A stretch of 64,000 nucleotides of DNA from Bacteroidota bacterium (GTDB taxonomy: Bacteria; Bacteroidota; Rhodothermia; Rhodothermales; Bin80), in contig JAPPNA010000037.1 in NCBI GenBank assembly GCA_028873925.1, forward strand, positions 518 through 64,517, given 5' to 3'. The translations under genes were made by a program, and so were the position numbers. Under the pieces are notes generated by a model. The model did not search any database and was not told where the DNA came from. It saw only the letters and a program-made list of their open reading frames with translations. Positions 57,618 to 64,000 of this stretch are shown piece by piece. Position 1 is the stretch's first letter; every line of letters begins with the position of its first letter.

Positions 57618-59036
57618 ATGGCTGACCAATTTGATCTCGTCGTTGTCGGCTCCGGGCCGGGCGGCTATGAAACCGCCATCCGTGCGACGCAGCTGGGCTT
57701 TAAGACGGCAATTGTTGAAAGAGATAAGCTGGGCGGCGTATGCCTGAATGTGGGCTGTATTCCCACCAAGGCACTGCTGAAGAGCGCGGAAATGGCCTCG
57801 TACGCGTCGCACCTGGCCGACTACGGGCTTAGCCTGGAGGGCACCGTAACTGCGGACTTCCCCAAAGTCATTGACCGCAGCCGCAAGGTGGCCAGCAAAA
57901 TGAACAAGGGGGTGCAGTACCTGATGCGGAAGAACGGCGTTGAGGTGATCCTGGGCCATGCAAGACTGCAAGATCGCGGCCGGCTGTCCGTCAGGCCCTC
58001 TGTAGACATGGATGGCAAATCTATCGGTCGCAATCGCAGCGTAACGGCGACCCACATCATACTGGCCACCGGAGCCCGCGCGCGCGCCATAGGGTCGCTG
58101 CCGATAGATGGCAAAAACATCATTGACTACCGTGGAGCTCTGCTGCAAAAGCGCAGGCCTGCCCGACTGCTGGTCGCCGGGGCTGGTGCCATTGGGGTTG
58201 AATTTGCCTATTTCTATCACCACATGGGGACTAAAGTGACCTTGGTCGAGCTGCTTGACCGCCTTGTTCCGGTGGAAGATGCGGATGTTTCGAAGCAGCT
58301 GGCCCGCTCTTTCAAGCGAGCAGGGATGTCGGTCATGACCGGAACGGGTGTCCAGAAAGTGGAGCAGACGAATTCCGGGTTGGCCGTAACGATCAAATCT
58401 AAGTCATCTACGCGCGTCGTTGAAGTTGACCAGGTGCTGTCAGCGGTAGGCGTGGCGGGCAACACGGAAGATATGGGTCTGGAGCAGGTGGGAGTGCGCA
58501 CGGAGAGAGGCCATATCATGACGGACGAATTCGGGCGCACCAGTGTACCCGGCATTTATGCGATCGGTGATGTCGCGGGCCCACCCTGGCTGGCGCACAA
58601 GGCCAGTCATGAAGGCATCATCTGTGTGGAGAAGATTGCGGGTAAGAAAGTTCACGCGCTCAACAAAGATAACATCCCCGGCTGCACCTACTGCCAGCCT
58701 CAGATTGCTTCTGTCGGCTACACCGAAGCCCGCGCCCGGGAAGAAAATCTGGATATCAAAGTGGGTAAGTTCCCGTTTTCCGCATCCGGCAAGGCATCAG
58801 CGGCCGGTCACACGGACGGATTCGTGAAGATCATTTATGATGCGAAGTACGGTGAGCTGCTGGGCTGTCACATTATCGGGCACGATGCCACGGAGCTAAT
58901 TGCCGAGGTGGTCGCTGCGCGCACACTGGAGACCACCCATCACGAGATACTGGAGGCCATACATCCTCATCCCACACTCTCTGAGGCGATCCTGGAGGCT
59001 ACGCGGGCGGCTCTGGGGCAGTCCATTAACGTATAG
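57618..59036 (+). CDS. lpdA: dihydrolipoyl dehydrogenase (E3)
   Basis: DLVVVGSGPGGY, the redox-active GGVCLNVGCIPTK, and HPHPTLSE near the C-terminus. The ATG at 57618 is preceded by AGGAGA. Confidence 0.95.
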   Translation: MADQFDLVVVGSGPGGYETAIRATQLGFKTAIVERDKLGGVCLNVGCIPTKALLKSAEMASYASHLADYGLSLEGTVTADFPKVIDRSRKVASKMNKGVQYLMRKNGVEVILGHARLQDRGRLSVRPSVDMDGKSIGRNRSVTATHIILATGARARAIGSLPIDGKNIIDYRGALLQKRRPARLLVAGAGAIGVEFAYFYHHMGTKVTLVELLDRLVPVEDADVSKQLARSFKRAGMSVMTGTGVQKVEQTNSGLAVTIKSKSSTRVVEVDQVLSAVGVAGNTEDMGLEQVGVRTERGHIMTDEFGRTSVPGIYAIGDVAGPPWLAHKASHEGIICVEKIAGKKVHALNKDNIPGCTYCQPQIASVGYTEARAREENLDIKVGKFPFSASGKASAAGHTDGFVKIIYDAKYGELLGCHIIGHDATELIAEVVAARTLETTHHEILEAIHPHPTLSEAILEATRAALGQSINV

Positions 59037-59401
59037 CTCCTTTACCCCGGTGCCGGACACCGCCGGTCCTCACGGACTGACTGCGGAACAGATCATGGCG
59101 GTCCGGCCACGGTTGAGCCAGGAAGAGCGACCGGCCCGCCTTGGTAAGGGCACCAGGCGCGCCGAAAGGCGGCTGAACCCGCAGGTTTACAGGCCAGAAC
59201 AGCGGGATCGGTCCGGGGTGCGTTTTGTCGGTTGACCTGCCCCCCGGCATCCGGTCTGGATCAGGCCACAATCCGCTTTCTGAGACTGCGCAGGCCCAAT
59301 TATGTCCCGACCGGGCCATCACCGCCTCAAGTAGGACCCAGCATGTCAGGCTGGTGCTCCCGGAATCTGGAGAATGTGTATATTCCGGCGAACGCTAACT
59401 A

Positions 59402-59914
59402 TTGGCAGATATGAGAAAGTATTTTGAAATTTGCAGCGGCACGAAGGCGATTCTTGGCACCCTGGCCTCCGTCCTGATTCTCATGATGGTGGTATTTCCG
59501 GCCCTGCCCATTGGTGGCGAGAGCCTGGATGGCCGATTTGGGTACACGCATTCCGAGGCCGTTACCGCGCTGGAGAGCTACGGCGAATCGGGGCGGCGGG
59601 TCTATGCCTGGGGCAGCATGACCCTGGACCTGTTGCTTCCGCTCCTCTACGCCAGTTTCATGGTCGGACTCATTTATCGGTTTCGACCCGCTGAGCGTTG
59701 GTGGATGCTGGCCTATCTGCCCCTCGGAGTGGCCCTGCTCGATCTGGGCGAGAATGTACAGGTCGTCCTCATGCTGACAGGCTACCCGAACATCTCAGTG
59801 GGGCAGGTTGCCGCCGCCTCACTGTTCACATCGCTAAAGGTAGTCACATTCTTTCTCTGCCTGGCACTCGGGATTGTGCTGGCGGTGGTTGCGGGGATCC
59901 GCCGTTCGCGATGA
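59402..59914 (+). CDS. hypothetical polytopic membrane protein
   Basis: 170 aa with four or five hydrophobic helices. No motif was recognised. Confidence 0.5.
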   Translation: MADMRKYFEICSGTKAILGTLASVLILMMVVFPALPIGGESLDGRFGYTHSEAVTALESYGESGRRVYAWGSMTLDLLLPLLYASFMVGLIYRFRPAERWWMLAYLPLGVALLDLGENVQVVLMLTGYPNISVGQVAAASLFTSLKVVTFFLCLALGIVLAVVAGIRRSR

Positions 59915-60213
59915 GCGGTGGCCGCTTTCGCGTGTCAGTTTTGGGCCCGGCCGGTATGATGTGCGGCTTTCGCTTCGATTTGTACTGCCTCAGGCCAGCG
60001 GGAGAATTGCCCATCTGCCGACCTTATCCCAGAGCCTGTCCTGATGAACGTGTTGGCGGGTAGGATAGGGCCTCGGCTGCGCCGCGTAATCTTGGCCTCT
60101 CACGGAGGATTCCTGACTTCTACGAATTGCAGCCTGTGGATATTCCGGGATCATGCCCATTCTATCTGGCGTAGGCAGATTTTCGGGTAAGTGCCAGGTT
60201 TCGTTGAGAAATC

Positions 60214-63200
60214 ATGAACAGCCTTCAATCATTTGCTCCAGTCGCGTTATTGCTCATCCCCATTCTTCTCTTCCGCACTGATAGATCTCCGGCTCAGGAC
60301 ACCTCGGAGGTCGTGCCTCATGTCGTGGTAGTTCAATTTGAAGCGGAGATCTTTCTTCCCGGCAAGACTGCCACGACCGGGTTACAGATCTTTGATCAGA
60401 AGGCGGTCGCATACGGGGTCCACACGATCGAGCGTATGTATCCGTTTCTGGACCATGTGGACCCAACTCCCAAGACACGTCGCAATCTGCTGGCGCTACG
60501 CCGCACATACTTCGTGCGTTATAGTGCTGATGTGACCCCTGAACGCCTTTCCAGAGATCTTACCCTCGCCCCGGGTGTCGTCTACGCGGAACCTGTTCCT
60601 GTGAACCGTACCCAGGGACCGGTTCATTGGAAACGGATCGATCCGAATGATCCCCGATTCAGAGATCAGCGGGAACTTGGATTGATGCGTTTGCCGGAGG
60701 CATGGGATGTAGTGAAGAGCTCAGATGGTGTTCCGAGGGTGGTGATTGCGATCGTTGACGAAGGAGGCGAATGGCGGCATGAAGAGCTTCATGCAAATGT
60801 ATGGACGAATGAGGATGAGATTTTGGGCAACGGAATTGACGACGACAACAATGGATTCATTGATGATGTGCACGGCGTGAACTTTTCCAACGGGGATGAC
60901 GCTGATAACGACCCTGCAGGGGCTCCTGGGAGTCTGCATGGCACAGCGGTAGCGGGGGCGGCCAGTGCCGTGACGGACAATAATGTGGGGATAGCCGGGG
61001 CAGCCTGGAATGCAGAGATTATGCACATCAACGCGGCATGCCCCGGCCTTGATGGCGTTCTTTGCAAGGCCTACGAAGGCATCCTCTATGCGGCCATGAA
61101 TGGGGCGGACATCGTCAATGCGAGTTGGGGTGGACTGGTGAGAAACGACCTGCGAGCGAGGCATATTGAACAGACGCTTGATCTGGCCACAGACATGGGT
61201 GCCCTTGTTGTAGCTGCGGCGGGTAATTCCAGTATCAGCAACGATCTGTTCCGAGTATATCCGGCCCGTTTTCCACGGGTGCTGTCGGTGGGCGCGACGG
61301 AGAAGGACACGCGCAGGCGGGCGGAACTTTCGAACTACGGGAGACTGGTGAATGTGTTTGCTCCGGGCACGGATATCCTGACCATCGGGCCTGGGAACAG
61401 CTACTACACGGGCGATGGAACTTCGCTTTCGTCTCCGCTGACAGCTGGAGTGGCTTCGTTGGTGAAGACGCGATTTCCCGCCATGGATCCGGATGCGCTG
61501 CGGGAACATGTTCGGCTGACGAGCGAGAATATTGACTTGGAGAATCCCGGATTTGCCGGCCAACTGGGCCGGGGGCTGGTGAATGCGCTGGCGGCCGTTC
61601 AGGAGCCGACCTTGCCGGCAGTACGCCTAAAACGCTGGAGTTGGGCGGACCAGGACGATGACCGCCGGATTGCCGCTGGCGAAGTGGTGACGATCACGGC
61701 AACGGTAGTCAATTACCTTTCCGATGCCCAAGGACTGAGCGTAGGGCTTGTGGCCGCCGAACCCTATCCGTTCCTAGACATGACGGAGGCGGAGGTGGAA
61801 GTTGGCTTTCTGGCTGGCGGCGATTCGGTTGAGGTCCAAATTGAATTCATGGTGGTTGCGGATGTACCCGACAATCAGCGGGTGCACCTTTACACGCGGA
61901 TCCAGGATGGCGCATTTGAGGACGGAGCGGATCAGCTCCTGTTTAACAGCCGGTCTTCTCCTGTGACCCGTCACCAGAGCCTGAGTGCGTTTTACACGGC
62001 CATGGACGGAGACAATTGGGATCGCAATGATAACTGGGATATAACAAGGGTGCCAAGTGAGGAGGAGTTGGCCAGATGGTTTGGTGTCTCGGTCAATGAG
62101 GGATTCTTGGACGGATTGGAAATGGAAGCAAACAATCTTAATGGAACATTGCCGCCAGAACTTGAAAACTTGCGGAACCTGCGAGTTCTTGCTCTGATCG
62201 ACAATGAGGGACTGGCTGGGCCGATCCCGCCCGAACTCGGGAATCTTGAGCAACTGGAGGCTCTGGTCCTGTCAGGCAATTCCATTACCGGAGAGATCCC
62301 GCCTGAACTCGGGAATCTTGAGCAACTGGAGGCTCTGCTCCTGTCAGGTAATTCCCTTACCGGGGAGATCCCGCCCGAACTCGGAAACCTTGAGCAGCTG
62401 GAGGCTCTACTTCTGTCAGGCAATTCCCTTACCGGGGAGATCCCGCCCGAACTCGGGAATCTTGAGCAACTGGTGGTTCTACGCATACACAGAAATTCCT
62501 TCACGGGACAGCTTCCAAGGACCTTGATGCAATTGGGTAATCTTCAGATATTTACCTTTGAAGGTCAAAGCCTTTGTGCTCCCGCCGATGATGCTTTTCA
62601 GATGTGGCTGAACCGTATCTTTTTCCAATCGGGGCCAACATGTGTGGATGAAGGACTCGCAGACATACAGTATGATCAGGGCCAGGCGGTCGGCGCAGGC
62701 GATGGCAACCACCTGTTTGTCGGTCTGGAGGCGGATGCGCGAATGGCCACCCGCTTCGTGGTTAACGCATCTTCCGGAGGCAAACTGTGGAACGGGATTG
62801 TTTCTGGGAATGACCGGGAAGCACGAATCAAGGAACTGTTGGGGAATCAGCGGGGACGAACTGATCCGGCAACAGGGCCGGAAGAAAGGACTATGTTCTT
62901 CAAGTCAATCGACAAGGATAATTGGGAGAAGCGAATCAGAGTACTGTTGAGGGATGTATGGGAGGGGCGAGTTGAAGTCTCTTCTGGAAATGAACAGGAG
63001 CGTGCCGATCAACGCGTTTCGATCGGTGACCGGGAGGTACGAGCCCCGACCCCTGCGGGAGGCAAGCGGGACGGACGATTCCGGTCGTCTTCGGGGCAAG
63101 ATCCTGAAGGACGATTCGGGACCCCTTCGGCAGATGACCGTGAGGTGCGAATTAACCGTATCTGGCTGGCCCCTTACTATGCCAATCAGTTTTTCGGCAC

Positions 63201-64000
63201 CACGCTGCCGACGGATGCCCCCCGGAATCTCACCATCTACATTTACTCGGATCAAGAGGGTACGCCGGCAGATGTTCTGTTCTCAAAGGAGGTTGAGGAT
63301 CCGAGGGCGTATGCCGCGGCGAATTATACATTGGATTTCTTTGAGCTGGATCTGTCAAACGAAGGCATTGGCGCGTTGCCGGACACGATCCACATCGCAT
63401 ACGGGAACGCGGGAACCGACGATAACCTATTGGTATCGGGGCCTGCACCTTATACGGAGGAGAATGTATCGCATGTATATCTCCAAGGCGCATGGCAGCC
63501 GTTGTGGGATCTGACGACCACAAACGGCGGATCGTTCAATGAGACTGTGGTGCCCATCCGGGCCAGCTTCAGGATTCAAACGCCATTACATTTTGCGCAG
63601 ATGGTCGCGGCTCAGTTGTTCATACTGGGGCAGTCTGTGACACCGCTGGTGCTACCCGAAGCAGTCGGAGGCGTGTCGCCGATCAGTTATTCACTGGTGC
63701 CGGTGCTTCCGACCGGACTCACCTTTGATACCGTGACGCGGACTATTTCCGGAACACCGACTGAAATCACGATGTCGCCCGTAACCCTCACATACACGGC
63801 GACCGATGCGGCCGGGGACATGGTCAGCATGATGTTCAATGTAGAAGTCCATTCTTCTGTGGCCTCAGAGGCTGAGACGGTGCCGAGCGCATTCGCTCTG
63901 CATGGCAACTACCCCAACCCGTTTGCGGGTGCCACCCGGATCTTGTTTGACCTGCCTGCCGCAGCCCGGGTATCTTTGGATGTGCTGGATATCACGGGAC
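60214..64000 (+). CDS. large secreted multidomain S8 (subtilisin-family) peptidase with plant-type LRRs, an Ig-like (He_PIG/dystroglycan-type) repeat and a T9SS C-terminal sorting domain (3' end beyond the window)
   Basis: It is not in the ORF track because it has no stop in the window. I translated it in frame from the ATG at 60214 and checked codon by codon from 62461 to 64000 with no stop. The signal peptide is MNSLQSFAPVALLLIPILLF. The catalytic triad contexts are IAIVDEG, HGTAVAG and GTSLSSP. The LRRs read GEIPPELGNLEQLEALLLSGNSLT. LPTGLTFDTVTRTISGTPT is also present. The tail FALHGNYPNPFAGATRILFDLPAAARVSLDVLDITG is a typical T9SS C-terminal domain. Confidence 0.9.
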   Translation, partial: MNSLQSFAPVALLLIPILLFRTDRSPAQDTSEVVPHVVVVQFEAEIFLPGKTATTGLQIFDQKAVAYGVHTIERMYPFLDHVDPTPKTRRNLLALRRTYFVRYSADVTPERLSRDLTLAPGVVYAEPVPVNRTQGPVHWKRIDPNDPRFRDQRELGLMRLPEAWDVVKSSDGVPRVVIAIVDEGGEWRHEELHANVWTNEDEILGNGIDDDNNGFIDDVHGVNFSNGDDADNDPAGAPGSLHGTAVAGAASAVTDNNVGIAGAAWNAEIMHINAACPGLDGVLCKAYEGILYAAMNGADIVNASWGGLVRNDLRARHIEQTLDLATDMGALVVAAAGNSSISNDLFRVYPARFPRVLSVGATEKDTRRRAELSNYGRLVNVFAPGTDILTIGPGNSYYTGDGTSLSSPLTAGVASLVKTRFPAMDPDALREHVRLTSENIDLENPGFAGQLGRGLVNALAAVQEPTLPAVRLKRWSWADQDDDRRIAAGEVVTITATVVNYLSDAQGLSVGLVAAEPYPFLDMTEAEVEVGFLAGGDSVEVQIEFMVVADVPDNQRVHLYTRIQDGAFEDGADQLLFNSRSSPVTRHQSLSAFYTAMDGDNWDRNDNWDITRVPSEEELARWFGVSVNEGFLDGLEMEANNLNGTLPPELENLRNLRVLALIDNEGLAGPIPPELGNLEQLEALVLSGNSITGEIPPELGNLEQLEALLLSGNSLTGEIPPELGNLEQLEALLLSGNSLTGEIPPELGNLEQLVVLRIHRNSFTGQLPRTLMQLGNLQIFTFEGQSLCAPADDAFQMWLNRIFFQSGPTCVDEGLADIQYDQGQAVGAGDGNHLFVGLEADARMATRFVVNASSGGKLWNGIVSGNDREARIKELLGNQRGRTDPATGPEERTMFFKSIDKDNWEKRIRVLLRDVWEGRVEVSSGNEQERADQRVSIGDREVRAPTPAGGKRDGRFRSSSGQDPEGRFGTPSADDREVRINRIWLAPYYANQFFGTTLPTDAPRNLTIYIYSDQEGTPADVLFSKEVEDPRAYAAANYTLDFFELDLSNEGIGALPDTIHIAYGNAGTDDNLLVSGPAPYTEENVSHVYLQGAWQPLWDLTTTNGGSFNETVVPIRASFRIQTPLHFAQMVAAQLFILGQSVTPLVLPEAVGGVSPISYSLVPVLPTGLTFDTVTRTISGTPTEITMSPVTLTYTATDAAGDMVSMMFNVEVHSSVASEAETVPSAFALHGNYPNPFAGATRILFDLPAAARVSLDVLDITG
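62223..62480. repeat. about 3.6 near-identical 72-bp tandem DNA repeats, each encoding one 24-residue LRR
   Basis: GATCCCGCC(C/T)GAACTCGG(G/A)AA(T/C)CTTGAGCA(A/G)CTGGAGGCTCT... recurs at 62223, 62295, 62367 and 62439. The period is exactly 72 bp, with only a few substitutions per copy. Confidence 0.9.

Noticed and set aside
59037-59401. A 365-bp GC-rich gap after lpdA. It has a GNRA-capped hairpin (CGCC-GAAA-GGCG) and flanking CCAGG/GCAGG, which briefly suggested SRP (4.5S) RNA. It also holds a 46-aa very basic ORF starting at 59095 (MAVRPRLSQEERPARLGKGTRRAERRL...).
   Set aside because: The conserved SRP domain IV strands (GGUCC-GGAA-GGAAGCAGCC context) are not present, and no tmRNA, RNase P, 6S or tRNA hallmarks are visible. 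The small ORF has no RBS or recognisable family. A cmscan would be needed to call anything here.

Overview
This is a 64-kb chromosomal window from a GC-rich bacterium. The gene content suggests a Bacteroidota/Rhodothermota-type organism: a T9SS C-terminal sorting tail on the last gene, a GWxTD protein, a GH3-family gene, folP-cdaA linkage and a DUF2795 gene. No rRNA, tRNA, CRISPR array, transposase or intact integrase could be supported.

Most of the window is tightly packed housekeeping sequence. It includes:
- citrate synthase and a folP-cdaA-pcm operon
- queE, metH, bioY, ftsY, fmt, rpsU, rdgB, dtd, nadK and lpdA
- an actinobacterial-style fused 2-oxoglutarate dehydrogenase (Kgd/OdhA type)
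- a BamA-family protein
- two RND efflux permeases with one adaptor

Four patches look accessory: AT-richer in the lines I counted by hand and flanked by unusually long non-coding DNA.
1. 11.46-13.84 kb holds an AlbA_2/HATPase_c_4-type ATP-binding regulator. It sits between a degenerate 740-bp region and an 11-bp tandem repeat array.
2. 21.7-24.7 kb holds a translationally coupled three-gene operon: a membrane-anchored ComF-like PRTase, a divergent DprA/Smf and a HAD phosphatase. A 576-bp gene-free leader lies upstream. This is my best candidate for a nucleotide-centred conflict or defence module.
3. 30.5-32.3 kb holds an orphan membrane-anchored protein built from EFRTEM-type heptad repeats, inside 1.8 kb of otherwise non-coding DNA.
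4. 60.2-64.0 kb holds a giant secreted S8 subtilase fused to plant-type LRRs, which are encoded by near-identical 72-bp DNA repeats, and to a T9SS tail.

A partial AAA+ ATPase gene lies at the left edge. All functional calls come from motif recognition by eye in the supplied translations. No database search was run.
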